From an uncultured Verrucomicrobiota bacterium (GTDB taxonomy: Bacteria > Verrucomicrobiota > Verrucomicrobiia > Palsa-1439 > CAZOTB01): a stretch of DNA of 64,000 nucleotides. Position 1 is the stretch's first letter. The number at the start of each line of letters is the position of its first letter. This document shows positions 45,599 to 56,072 of the stretch, piece after piece. The DNA is taken from positions 2,845 through 66,844 of the forward strand of contig CAZOTB010000001.1 of NCBI GenBank assembly GCA_964582645.1, in the 5' to 3' direction. The notes beneath the pieces were generated by a model that saw only the letters and a program-made list of their open reading frames with translations, searched no databases and was not told where the DNA came from. The position numbers were made by a program, and so were the translations under genes.

Positions 45599-47949
45599 CC
45601 GCGGAAGAGATCAGATTGGCGGAAGACTCCCGCCGCGAGAAGAACTGGAAACGCTGGGGGCCGTATCCCTCCGAACGGCAGTGGGGGGACCGTGCGCGAA
45701 GATTATTCCGAGCGGGGCGACTCCTGGCATCATCTGTCACACGATCACGCGCGCAGCCGGGCCTATCGCTGGGGCGAGGACGGCCTTCTCGGGATCACCG
45801 ACCGGGAATGCCGCCTCTGTTTCGCCCTCGCATTGTGGAACGGCAAAGACCCGATCCTCAAAGAGCGGCTGTTCGGCTTGACCGGCCCCGAGGGAAATCA
45901 CGGCGAGGACGTGAAGGAGTGTTACTACTACCTCGACTCGACGCCGACGCACTCTTACATGAAGGCGCTCTACAAATATCCGCAGGCGGAATTCCCCTAC
46001 GCGCGGCTCGTCGAAGAAAACCGACGCCGTGGCAAGAACGAACTCGAATTCGAACTTACCGACACGGGCGAGTTCGACAACAACCGCTATTTCGACGTGA
46101 TCGCTGAGTACGCCAAGGCGGGCCCGGATGACATCCTCATTCGCGTCATCGTCGCCAATCGCGGCGCCGAGCCGGCGACACTGCACTTGTTGCCCACGCT
46201 CTGGTATCGCAACACATGGGTCTGGGGCTGCAAACACGACGGTTGCTGGATCAAACCGACGATCCGACAGGAAAACGACTCTACACTGGTCGGAGAGCAC
46301 GTCAGCTTCGGCAGACACCACCTGGTTGTGGACAGAGGTCCGGACGGCAAGCTTCCGCAATTCCTGTCCACCGAAAACGAAACCAACACGCGCAAGCTCT
46401 ACGGCGTGGATAACTGGACTTCGTACGTCAAGGATGCATTCAATGAATACCTGATCCACGGCAAGGCCGATCCGATCAATCCGAAGCACACCGGCACGAA
46501 GGTGGGCGCGCATTACCGGCTCGACGTGCCTGCGGGCAAGGAGGTCATGGTGAGGCTGCGGCTGTTTGCCGGTGCCGGCTTGGAGGGCCCGGCTCCGTCC
46601 GAGCCGCTTTCCAAGACCCGCGGCGCGGCAGGAGCCGCGCCCTCCAGCCTCCTTGACAAGGACTTCGATCGCATCTTCGCCGAGCGCAGCCGCGAGGCAG
46701 ACGAATTCTACACAGCGAGGCTTCCGAAAGACCTCACCACCGAAGAACGCCGCGTCGCTCGCCAGGCGTACGCGGGGCTGCTGTGGAGCAAACAGTTCTA
46801 TCATTACATCGTCCGCGACTGGCTCGAAGGTGATCCGAACCAACCGCCGCCGCCCGCCAGCCGAATGAATGGTCGCAACGCGGAGTGGCTGCACCTCTAC
46901 AACCGCGACGTGATCTCGATGCCCGACAAATGGGAGTATCCGTGGTTCGCGGCGTGGGACCTCGCATTCCACCTGATTCCATTCGCGACGGTGGACCCGC
47001 AATTCGCAAAGGACCAACTCACACTCTTCTTGCGCGAATGGTACATGCACCCGAACGGTCAGATCCCGGCCTACGAGTTCGCGCTCGGCGACGTGAACCC
47101 GCCCGTCCATGCGTGGGCTTGCTGGCGCGTGTACAAGATGACAGGCGCGCGCGGCGAACGCGACCGGCTGTTCCTCTCGCGCACGTTTCAAAAGCTGATC
47201 ATCAACTTCACGTGGTGGGTCAATCGCAAGGACGCCGACGGCAAGAACATATTCGGCGGCGGTTTCCTCGGCCTCGACAACATCGGTGTGTTCGACCGCA
47301 GCAAGCCGCTCCCAACGGGCGGCCATCTCGAACAAGCCGACGGCACCGCGTGGATGGCGTTCTATTGCGCGACGATGCTTTCGATGGCGCTCGAGCTGGC
47401 GAAAGACAACCCGGCCACCGAGGACATGGCCAGCAAATTCTTCGAACACCTCGTCGCGATCACCGACGCGATGAACACCCTCGGCGGTCACGGCCTCTGG
47501 GACGACGAGGACGGGTTCTCCTACGACCAACTCCACGTCAACGGTACTCACATCCGCTCAAGGTGCGCTCGATGGTGGGGCTGCTGCCGTTGATCGCGGT
47601 GGAAATCCTCGACGAGGAGACGCTGGCGAAACTGCCCGGCTTCCGCAAGCGGATGCAGTGGTTTCTCGAAAATCGCAAGGACCTCGCGAAGCACATCTCG
47701 TACATGGATTGTGAAGGCGGGAACGGTCACGGCTACCGGCTGCTGGCGATCCCGTCGCGTGAACGCCTGCAGCGCGCACTCCGCTACATGCTCGATGAGA
47801 ATGAATTCCTCTCGCCCTACGGCATCCGCGCCTCCGAGCCGGTGGTCGTTTTCCGCCAAGAACCGCCTCGGAGGGCAGCGTTCCTTCCGGCAAAAGCACG
47901 CGGCGAGCGACTTTCCAAACACGCTCTCAGATCGCTTTCCAATCTGTGA
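45595..47949 (+). pseudogene. Glycoside hydrolase family 63 (YgjK/processing-glucosidase-like) gene disrupted by at least two homopolymer frameshifts
   Basis: Three ORFs in three frames (45595.., 45692..47593, 46885..47949) together read as one GH63-like protein: [31 protein letters not shown] | [13 protein letters not shown]...[17 protein letters not shown] | [17 protein letters not shown].... Frame switches fall in a G6 run (45683-45688) and a C-run (~47554). Confidence 0.65.
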
Positions 47950-49477
47950 GGAGTTCCACCACCAACCGCACCCCAAACGCGGTGCCGCCGCGCGGGAGAT
48001 ACGGCTTTTCTTCGGTGGTCCACGCCGTGCCGGCGATGTCGAGATGCGCCCAGGGGACATCGCCGACGAATTTCTGCAGGAACGCCGCGGCCGTGATCGC
48101 GCCGCCGTAGCGTCCGCCGGTGTTCTTGATGTCGGCCACGGGGCTCTTGATCATCTCATGGTACTCCTCCCAGAGCGGAAACGGCCAGACACGGTCGCCC
48201 GTCGCCTCACCGGCAGCGCGGACGCGTTCGGTAAGCTTCTCGTTGTTGCTGAACAACCCCGCCGCGAACGGCCCGAGCGCCACGACACAGGCGCCGGTGA
48301 GGGTCGCGAAATCCAAGATGGCCTGTGGCTTGAACCGCTTGGCGTACGCCAGCGCGTCTCCGAGCACAATGCGGCCTTCGGCGTCGGTGTTGAGCACTTC
48401 GATGGTCGTCCCAGAGTAGGTGGTAACGATGTCGCCGGGGCGATAGGAAGTGGAGCTGGGCATGTTCTCGGCGGCGGCGATGAGGCCGACGACGGGAATC
48501 GGCAGCTTGAGCGCAGCGATGGCACGCATGGCACCGAGGACGGCCACGCCACCGCATTTGTCGAACTTCATCTCGTCCATCTTGTCGGAGGGTTTGATCG
48601 AGATGCCGCCGCTGTCGAACGTGATCGCCTTCCCTACCAGAACAACCGGCCGCGCCGCTGCTCGGCCACGCGGCTGGTATTCGATCTGAATGAATCGCGG
48701 GTCGCGCTTGCTCCCGGTGCCAACGGCGAGGATGCCGCCGAAGTGTTCCTTCTCCAGCTTCGCCCGATCCCACACTTTGACGCGCAAGCCGTATTTGCGT
48801 CCGAGCTGGATTGCTTCTTCCGCCACTTTCTGCGGATAGATGACATTGCCGGGCAGATTGGCGATCTGGCGTGCGTAATTGACCGCCTCGGCGAGCGTTT
48901 GGGCGTCTCCGATTGCTTGCTGGGAATGCTTGTGCTCGCTCTTGCCGGCAAACAGCACGACCTCCTGTAGCGGCCTGCTCCCGTTGTCGTTCGACGACGC
49001 TTTGAACTGATCAAAGTTGTACGCGCCGATCAGCACGCCTTCTGCGATGGCGGCGCATTGTGCGGAAATAGACATCGCGCTCGCGCTCTTTGGCGAAATC
49101 CACACGGCGACCCGCTTGCAGCCCGACTTCGCGGCGCGGCGACACGCAGCGGCGGCGGCGCGACTGAGGAGAGGTCGCGTTACTTCCTTTGCTGCGCCGA
49201 GCCCCACGAGAAGCACCTTCGCCCAAGGTAGCTGTCCCCAGGTATGAAGCATCGCGATTTCGAGCTTTTTCCCCCTGTATTCTCCCGACTCGCGAATTGC
49301 ATGGATCATGCGCTGCAACACGGGTTTGGGCACGAAGTCTGGTGGCAGAGAAGCTGCTAAATTTATGTCAAGGAACAGCACGAGCGAGTCGGTTTGCCTC
49401 AGTTGTGACGCCGCAGTAGCGAGGCGCAACCGGGGCGGAGTCCGTGGGACACTGCGATGGGTATCGGTTGAGTTCAT
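47927..49477 (-). CDS. pepA: Leucyl aminopeptidase (M17 family)
   Basis: NTDAEGR, GKAITFDSGGISIKP, VVGLIAAAENMPS are M17 signatures. N-terminal start uncertain. Confidence 0.85.
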   Translation of the reverse strand: MNSTDTHRSVPRTPPRLRLATAASQLRQTDSLVLFLDINLAASLPPDFVPKPVLQRMIHAIRESGEYRGKKLEIAMLHTWGQLPWAKVLLVGLGAAKEVTRPLLSRAAAAACRRAAKSGCKRVAVWISPKSASAMSISAQCAAIAEGVLIGAYNFDQFKASSNDNGSRPLQEVVLFAGKSEHKHSQQAIGDAQTLAEAVNYARQIANLPGNVIYPQKVAEEAIQLGRKYGLRVKVWDRAKLEKEHFGGILAVGTGSKRDPRFIQIEYQPRGRAAARPVVLVGKAITFDSGGISIKPSDKMDEMKFDKCGGVAVLGAMRAIAALKLPIPVVGLIAAAENMPSSTSYRPGDIVTTYSGTTIEVLNTDAEGRIVLGDALAYAKRFKPQAILDFATLTGACVVALGPFAAGLFSNNEKLTERVRAAGEATGDRVWPFPLWEEYHEMIKSPVADIKNTGGRYGGAITAAAFLQKFVGDVPWAHLDIAGTAWTTEEKPYLPRGGTAFGVRLVVELLTDWKAI

Positions 49478-49551
49478 GGTTGAGCGCGGGTTGGATTATC
49501 ACATGCCCCCCGGTGCGTCAATCCATGCACGCGTGAGCGCGACTGGCGAGT

Positions 49552-51948
49552 GTGCTGCGGACGACCATGGGTGCGATTGACACACGACAATTGTTCGACC
49601 TGTTGAACCTGTACTTTCCGCCGGAATGGCTGAAGGCCGCCCTGGTTCTCTCCATCATCAGCACGTGGGTGCTGGTCGCCTTGTTCGCCTACCTCAACCA
49701 ATATACCCAGCGCCGCTACTTCAGTCTCTGGACGACGGCGTGGCTGTTCTACGCATTGTGGCTGACTGCCTCGATCAACCTCCTCGATTCGCCCGAATCG
49801 AAGCTCGGCATGATGCTGACGCAAGCCTGCATCGGCATCTGCGCGCTGTTCCTGTTCTGTGGCAACGTCAGCATCCTGCGTCACAGCGTGGATCAACGCT
49901 ACATGATGGGCGGCGTCACCATCGTGCTGCTCTGGGCCTACATCGGCATCTACCAACTCGACAACCGGTTCTGGCTTCAGTTGCCCATGTTCGTCCTGCT
50001 CGGCGCATCGAGCCTGTTCACGGCGCACCTGTTCCTTCTGCGGCGAAGGCAGCGGCGGTACATCGGCGCGAGCATCCTGGCAGTGGGATTTGGGCTGTGG
50101 AGTTTGTACCTCGTCGGCTATCCGTTCCTGTATGCGCGGATCGAATTCGTGCCGTCCGCCTTCCTGCTCTCTGCCGTGCTGCAAATGATCATCGCCTTCG
50201 GCATGATCGTGCTGGTCCTCGAGGAGGTGCGTTATGAAAGCCGCACCGTACGCGCCCGGCTGCGACAGGACGTGCGACGGACGCGCGTTCTGGAGAAGGA
50301 GGTCGTGGCGACCGAGGACAAGTACCGCAACCTGTTCAACAACGCGAGCGAGGCGATGTTCATTGTGGACGTGCACACGTTTGCGATCCTCGAAACCAAC
50401 GAAGCCGCCTCGAACCTGATCGGCCTGAGCATGGACGCGCTCACGAAGAAGAGTTTTCTCGATGTGTGCCCGTCGTTGCAGCCGCACAGCAACAGCCTGC
50501 GCGGCGACGTGCCGAAGTTCCGCGAACTGCTCGAATCGGCGGAGAAGTGGAACGTCCCGCGCGTGGATGGCCTCGGCACAACCGTCGAGGCGCGCGCGAT
50601 GCCCGTCCAATACTCCGGCCGCGCCGCGATGCAGATCAGCCTCCGCGATTTGTCGGAGCGCGCGAAGCTCGAGCAAAAGCTGCGTCAGGCCGAGAAGCTC
50701 TCTGCGTTGGGCCAGCTCATCTCGGGCGTGGCACACGAGCTGAACAACCCGCTGGCGATCATCATGGGACGCGCGCAGTTGATCATGTCCCGCGAGACGC
50801 TCGATCCGAAGGTGAAGAGCGACATCTCTCTGATGAGCCACGAAAGCGAGCGAGCGAGCCGCATCGTGCAGCGATTGCTGGCATTCGCGCGGCCGCAGCC
50901 GCCGGAGAAGAAGTACATTCAACTCAACCATGTCATCACGCAGGTGGCCGATCTGCTCAAGGTGGACATCAACAAGAGCCGGATCCGCCTGGAGCTCGAA
51001 CTCGATCCGGGCCTGCCGCACACCATGGCCGACGCGCACCAACTCGAGCAGGTGTTGATGAACCTCACCCAAAACGCCAAGCACGCCATCAGCGATATCC
51101 AGGACGGCCGCCAGGGGGTGGTGCGGATTCGGACCGAGACCCGGACCAATTCCATCCGCATCTCGGTCACGGACAACGGGCCCGGCATCCCGCCGCAACA
51201 TCTCGGGAAAATTTTCGATCCGTTCTTCACGACCAAGCCCATGGGCGTCGGCACCGGCTTGGGGCTCTCGATTTGTTACAGCATTCTCGCGGAGCATGGC
51301 GGCAACTTGTTCGTCCAGAGCGAAGTCGGTCGCGGCGCGAGCTTCATCATGGAACTGCCCATCGTTGCCGAGCCGGCGCCGTCTGCTGCGGTCGCTCCCA
51401 CGCCGAAGCAATCCACTCCCGAGATGTCTTCGGCGCCAGCAACTCGGCCCGAACCGGTCCCTGCGCCAGCCATCGCATCAGTGCCTGTTCCCGCTCCGTC
51501 GGTTCCGTCTGCGCCCAAAGGAAACGGACCCTCCCATCCGATCAAGCCCACGCCCCCCGGAGTCCGCGCGAAGAAGCCGCGCATCCTGCTGGTGGACGAT
51601 GAACCCGCAATCTCAGGGGTTTTGAGTGAGCTGCTGTCGGCGAGCGATTACGAAGTGGACACGGCCATGAATGGAAGCGAGGCGCTGAAGCTCATCGGCA
51701 ATCGTCCGCCCGATTTGATCATCTCCGATCTCAAGATGCCAGTGATGGATGGGCGCGAGTTCTACAAGAACCTCCAGCAACGATTCCCGCCGCTGGCCAA
51801 GCGCATCATTTTCCTGACCGGCGATACCGTCAGTGGCGACACGCGCGAGTTTCTTGACGGCTTGAGCACTCCATGGCTGTCGAAGCCCTTCAACATCTGC
51901 GAAGTCGAGGACACCGTTCGCTCGTCGCTGGCATCAACCGCCGTCTAG
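49552..51948 (+). CDS. Hybrid sensor histidine kinase: multi-TM sensor, PAS, HisKA, HATPase_c, Pro-rich linker, C-terminal receiver
   Basis: H-box [14 protein letters not shown]; N/G boxes in ...[10 protein letters not shown]...DNGPGIP...GTGLGL; receiver ILLVDDEP...[14 protein letters not shown]. Confidence 0.85.
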   Translation: MLRTTMGAIDTRQLFDLLNLYFPPEWLKAALVLSIISTWVLVALFAYLNQYTQRRYFSLWTTAWLFYALWLTASINLLDSPESKLGMMLTQACIGICALFLFCGNVSILRHSVDQRYMMGGVTIVLLWAYIGIYQLDNRFWLQLPMFVLLGASSLFTAHLFLLRRRQRRYIGASILAVGFGLWSLYLVGYPFLYARIEFVPSAFLLSAVLQMIIAFGMIVLVLEEVRYESRTVRARLRQDVRRTRVLEKEVVATEDKYRNLFNNASEAMFIVDVHTFAILETNEAASNLIGLSMDALTKKSFLDVCPSLQPHSNSLRGDVPKFRELLESAEKWNVPRVDGLGTTVEARAMPVQYSGRAAMQISLRDLSERAKLEQKLRQAEKLSALGQLISGVAHELNNPLAIIMGRAQLIMSRETLDPKVKSDISLMSHESERASRIVQRLLAFARPQPPEKKYIQLNHVITQVADLLKVDINKSRIRLELELDPGLPHTMADAHQLEQVLMNLTQNAKHAISDIQDGRQGVVRIRTETRTNSIRISVTDNGPGIPPQHLGKIFDPFFTTKPMGVGTGLGLSICYSILAEHGGNLFVQSEVGRGASFIMELPIVAEPAPSAAVAPTPKQSTPEMSSAPATRPEPVPAPAIASVPVPAPSVPSAPKGNGPSHPIKPTPPGVRAKKPRILLVDDEPAISGVLSELLSASDYEVDTAMNGSEALKLIGNRPPDLIISDLKMPVMDGREFYKNLQQRFPPLAKRIIFLTGDTVSGDTREFLDGLSTPWLSKPFNICEVEDTVRSSLASTAV

Positions 51949-52036
51949 GGAGCGATCCCATCCCGGTCGCCGGGGTCCCGCCGATCGCCATTACAATTAG
52001 CTCGTATTTTCTGCGCCTTTCCTGAAATCTTGGGAC

Positions 52037-53206
52037 ATGAGATTTCCGATCTTCATCGTGCTTGCAGTGGCCGGGAGCGTTTTCTTGATCTCCACGCCCG
52101 TCGAAGCAGAACAACATCGCGCCACCCGGCTCGGCAATCCAGCCACTCGTTTCGCGCCACCGATTGTGACGCCCGAGGACTTGCGGGCGCGCTTTCGTGA
52201 TGAGGGACTCAAGCCCGACATCGCCTCGATTCTGGAACAATGGGGCTGGCGCGGAAACCTGGACGACCTCCACCGTGCCGCTCAGAGCAACGAACTCGTC
52301 GAGGTGAAAATCCCCGTGGGCGACACCATGCCGTTCATGTCGTCGCGCGAAAACGGCAATCCCATCTGTCTGCGCAACGTGCTCTGGGCCGGCAAGGAGC
52401 CGATCTCGGCCCTCGCATTCACCTTCAGCTCCAACGGCCGGCGTTACCGATGTGTCACGCCGAAACCATGCAGCAATTTCTTCATCGAAGACCTTGGACC
52501 CGAACCTCGGTCTGGACTTTCGCTCGAGTGCAGCGCTCCCGCTCAGGTCTTGGTCGGCCGCCCCGTGAATGTATGTCTGACGATCCGCAATACGGGGAAT
52601 GTCCCCGAGCCCAAAGCCATCCTCACGCTGCCGGTCCCGGCGGGCGCGGTCGTCACCGCCGCCACCGAGGGATTCCACGTCACCGACCGCCGCGTGACGT
52701 GGGAGGTGGCCGAACTCGCGCCAAATGCAGCCAGCCAGTTCTGTGCAGTCCTTACAATGCGCCAGCCCGGGGCGCTCACGTTCAATCCGACCGCAAGCAG
52801 CGCGAGCGTCACCCCGGTACAAAGCGCCTGCGACACGGTGATCGCCGGCCTTCCCGCCATTTTGCTGGAAGTCGTGGATCTGGAGGACCCGGTCGAGGTC
52901 GGCAAGCAGGTGACGTATGAAATCCAGGTCGTCAACCAGGGTTCAGCCGCCGACAGCAACGTCCGCCTCGTCTGCGCGTTGCCCGAGAGCCAGGAGTTCG
53001 TTTTCGGTTCGGGCGCGACGGCGGTGCAAGCCCAGGGCGGCACCGTCACCACGGAAGCTCTGCCCAGTCTCGGCCCCAAAGTGGCGGCAGCGTGGCGGGT
53101 GACGGTGAAGGCAGTGCACGCGGGTGACGCTCGATTCAAAGTGGAACTGCGCAGTGGCCAGTTCGAGCGGCCCATCCTTGAAGAAGAAGCCACCCAGCAG
53201 TACTGA
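52037..53206 (+). CDS. Secreted DUF11 (conserved repeat domain) protein
   Basis: Signal peptide; repeated motifs V..C.LTIRNTGNVPE and VTYEIQVVNQGSAADSNVRLVCALPE are typical of DUF11 repeats. Confidence 0.65.
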   Translation: MRFPIFIVLAVAGSVFLISTPVEAEQHRATRLGNPATRFAPPIVTPEDLRARFRDEGLKPDIASILEQWGWRGNLDDLHRAAQSNELVEVKIPVGDTMPFMSSRENGNPICLRNVLWAGKEPISALAFTFSSNGRRYRCVTPKPCSNFFIEDLGPEPRSGLSLECSAPAQVLVGRPVNVCLTIRNTGNVPEPKAILTLPVPAGAVVTAATEGFHVTDRRVTWEVAELAPNAASQFCAVLTMRQPGALTFNPTASSASVTPVQSACDTVIAGLPAILLEVVDLEDPVEVGKQVTYEIQVVNQGSAADSNVRLVCALPESQEFVFGSGATAVQAQGGTVTTEALPSLGPKVAAAWRVTVKAVHAGDARFKVELRSGQFERPILEEEATQQY

Positions 53207-53208
53207 AA

Positions 53209-54045
53209 TCACGCTCTGATCGCGTTGGTGCGGAGGGCGGCAATGAACGACTCCGCGTCGAAGACGAAACCGTAGCCGGTGGAAACACGCCACAATCCCT
53301 CTTCCTTGTGCGCTTCCGTCTGGGCGGATTCCTTGTTCTCCACCGCGGTGGTGGCTTCGCGGATGGTCGAACAGAAATACCAACGCCGGGCCATATCGCG
53401 CATCCCGCCAGCGGAGGTGAGCAGACACCAGTTGATGGCGAAACCGATGTAGACCAGGTGACTGACACCGCGCTCCCGGCACAACGCATTGAGCTGGGCG
53501 CCATTTTCCGCGATGCCCTCTCCCTCGAGCGGCACCGCCTGTGGCGCGAAGTCCACATGAAATCCTTCGGCTGCCATCGCCTCACGACTACCGGCATCCT
53601 GACCGTTGTGTTGCGCCTTCAACGCGCGGAACCGGATATTCGCGTCACTGTGCGGCGCGTCGCCCGTGAATTCCGGATCCGCTCCCGCCAACTGCACGGC
53701 GTGTTGGTAGGCCGGCAGATGCTGGTAGTAGTTGCCGCCGCCCACCACGTGCAACACCGTCATGCCGGCCGACCGCGCCGCGGACAACAGGGGCGGAAAG
53801 ACGGTCTCCAGGATGCGGCGCGCGCGCGGCAGATATTCCGTCACCTGGCACGCGAGCGGATGCTGCTCCGGGGTCGCGCAACTCCAGGCGTGCATGCTCA
53901 CCAGCGCCGTCTCGGCCAGCGGCAGTTCCACCGGCACCTTCGTCCAGCCTCCGAACCCATCGGCGGGCACCTCGCGCGAATGGTCGGCGGGGAAATTGCG
54001 ATAAATGTGGGCGTTGAGTTTGAGGCGGACGGGGTTCGCGGTCAT
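53209..54045 (-). CDS. Hypothetical protein, possibly isochorismatase-like cysteine hydrolase
   Basis: Coding-like ORF; LVYIGFAINWCLLTSAGGMRDMARRWYFCS loosely resembles the isochorismatase core (G..tn.CV..T.rdA). Weak. Confidence 0.4.
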   Translation of the reverse strand: MTANPVRLKLNAHIYRNFPADHSREVPADGFGGWTKVPVELPLAETALVSMHAWSCATPEQHPLACQVTEYLPRARRILETVFPPLLSAARSAGMTVLHVVGGGNYYQHLPAYQHAVQLAGADPEFTGDAPHSDANIRFRALKAQHNGQDAGSREAMAAEGFHVDFAPQAVPLEGEGIAENGAQLNALCRERGVSHLVYIGFAINWCLLTSAGGMRDMARRWYFCSTIREATTAVENKESAQTEAHKEEGLWRVSTGYGFVFDAESFIAALRTNAIRA

Positions 54046-54082
54046 AGCGAGGCGCTTCTTTGCTACGCGATCCTTGGTCCTG

Positions 54083-56047
54083 CTACTTGGCGGCTGCGGG
54101 CGGCGCGTTGGTGGTGGCGGGTTTTTCTTCCGGCCTCGTCACGAAATTGCTCGCCAGCTTTTCGAACTCGGAGTTGGCCAACTCGAACACGAGCGTCCCC
54201 CCCTTGAGCATGGCGAACCGATTCTTGTCCGGCGTCTCCTTGCCCACGAGCAGGGTGTGGGTCTGCGCCGGGGCGTTTGTCGCCGCGATGCTTGTGAACG
54301 TGGCGGTCAACGCGGCCGGCTCCAGGCCGTACGGCGCGAGACCCACAGGATTCTCAGCCACGAGCTTTACGGCTTTGATGTCGCCGAGCGCGGTGATGGC
54401 GTCCTCGACCGCATCTTCACCGAGTACCCCTTGCGTGGGCGGCAACAGCTTCCATTCCTGGCGTTCGACCTGATTGGTGTCTCTGACGGTGACCTTCTCG
54501 GCGGCAAACGTCATGGCCCCGCGAGTGATCTCCAGTTTGTGGATCGTCGAGGAATCGAGGCTGAGGATGTGGCGGTCGCGCAGATCAAGCACGGTCGTCG
54601 GCAGATCGGCCACGAAATTGGTCTCGAGCCCGTACACGAAGGCCTCGTCCGCGCGCTTGACGTACACCAGCGCTTTGGCGGCGTCGGTCTTCCCCACCTG
54701 GATCGTCACAAACGGAACGAGGTTGGTGGTTGAGGTCGTCTGCGTAACCGGCACGACGGTGTTGGTGCCCGTCGCTTCCTTGGGGGGCGCGCTGGTGGTG
54801 GCGACGGTGACAACCTTTTCCTTCTTGAGCGTGAGTTCAAACCCCGGCTTGTCGAGTCCGTAGGGTGCGAGATCGGTGACGACGTCGGCGACAAATTCCT
54901 TGATCTGGGCGCCGTGGAGGTCGGAAACGAGATCGTCGCAAACGCTATTCTCGGCTTTGAACTTGGCGGGTTCGAGGATGTGCCAGTCGTTCGTCGGTTG
55001 CTGCGAGAGGAGCACCTTCTGGCTGCCCAGCACCAGGTCCACCGCCTTGACCTGATCGGTTTCAAACTCGACCAGCGTGCGGTCGCGGAGGTCGTTCACC
55101 TGCACGATGAGATTGGTCAGGATGTCGTTCTTGACGAGATAGACGGAATTCGCGCCCTTGCGTTTGGCGTAGGTCTTCGTCGTGTCGTTGGTGGGCGACC
55201 CGCCGAATTGCACGATCTTCGCGCCTTCCGTGCCCTTGGTGAACAACGTCGCTTCCTGTGCGGGCTCGTCGAGGCCGTAGAGCTTCAGGTCCTTTGGATC
55301 TTCGGTGACGAATGTGTCCACCTTCAGACCTGCGAGTTTGTCGGCGATGCCGGTGATGCGGTCCTTGCTGGCGCGGGCATTGATCGGGCGTGTGATGCGC
55401 CAGCTTTCCGTGTCGTCCTCGGCGTTCTCGGTCTTCGTCAACTCGATCTGTCGGGTACCGGCTTTGAGTTCGAGTTTGGTTAACTCACCCGCGTTGAACT
55501 CGACCACACTGCGGTCGCGCAGGTCATCCACCGTCTTTCCGAGTTTACCGGCCAACGTCTTGGCGATGACATATACCTCCGGTCGTCCGGCCACGCTGGC
55601 GTAGAGTTTGTCGCCGAGCTTGCTTTCGTTGCCGAGACGGATCGTGTTCGTTCCGCCTTTTGCGATGAACGTCGCTTCGATCCGGGGCTTCTCGAGACCG
55701 TAACTGGCGAGTGTGGCGTTTTCCTGCTGCAGGTCTTTCGGCGTCAGTACGCGATCGGAGTCGAGAAACTCGAGGTCGGTCAGGATGCTGTCCACCTCGC
55801 TCTTGCTGGCGCGGACGTCGAACGGCTTCTTCATGTTCCACTTGTCACCGGCTTTCTCGACGGTAATCAGGCCGTTGGTGTTGGTGATGTCGAGCCGGGT
55901 GATGTCGCTCGACTTGAGGTCCTTGAACAAGCGTTTGGCCTGTTCTTCGACCACCTTGGTCTCCTTGAAAAACTTGTGGTCCACCCACAGGAACACGCCG
56001 ATGAGCACCGCGACGATGAAAAGAATGAGTGTCGTTTTCGGTTTCAC
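54083..56047 (-). CDS. DUF4340 domain repeat protein (auxiliary component of GldG-type ABC-2 systems)
   Basis: N-terminal TM; repeated ~100 aa modules containing LDLRDR..VEF and V..VDL motifs, as in DUF4340. Confidence 0.65.
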   Translation of the reverse strand: MKPKTTLILFIVAVLIGVFLWVDHKFFKETKVVEEQAKRLFKDLKSSDITRLDITNTNGLITVEKAGDKWNMKKPFDVRASKSEVDSILTDLEFLDSDRVLTPKDLQQENATLASYGLEKPRIEATFIAKGGTNTIRLGNESKLGDKLYASVAGRPEVYVIAKTLAGKLGKTVDDLRDRSVVEFNAGELTKLELKAGTRQIELTKTENAEDDTESWRITRPINARASKDRITGIADKLAGLKVDTFVTEDPKDLKLYGLDEPAQEATLFTKGTEGAKIVQFGGSPTNDTTKTYAKRKGANSVYLVKNDILTNLIVQVNDLRDRTLVEFETDQVKAVDLVLGSQKVLLSQQPTNDWHILEPAKFKAENSVCDDLVSDLHGAQIKEFVADVVTDLAPYGLDKPGFELTLKKEKVVTVATTSAPPKEATGTNTVVPVTQTTSTTNLVPFVTIQVGKTDAAKALVYVKRADEAFVYGLETNFVADLPTTVLDLRDRHILSLDSSTIHKLEITRGAMTFAAEKVTVRDTNQVERQEWKLLPPTQGVLGEDAVEDAITALGDIKAVKLVAENPVGLAPYGLEPAALTATFTSIAATNAPAQTHTLLVGKETPDKNRFAMLKGGTLVFELANSEFEKLASNFVTRPEEKPATTNAPPAAAK

Positions 56048-56072
56048 GCTGCCACGCTCCTACGCTCCGCGA

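Noticed and set aside
41362-47551. Minus-strand ORFs 41362..42108, 43184..44527 (447 aa) and 45737..47551 (604 aa), and plus-strand alternative frames 43273..43968 and 44419..45417
   Set aside because: They overlap the SagB-like, flavo-NapH and GH63 genes in other frames. No motifs and typical GC-frame artefact composition.
49474-51411. 645-aa minus-strand ORF opposite the hybrid histidine kinase, and 50466..51602(+) alternative frame
   Set aside because: The kinase frame contains H-box, N/G-boxes and a receiver domain; the others are shadow ORFs.
51890-52822. 310-aa minus-strand ORF overlapping the DUF11 gene
   Set aside because: The DUF11 frame has a signal peptide and repeat motifs. The minus frame is Arg/Gly-rich with no features.
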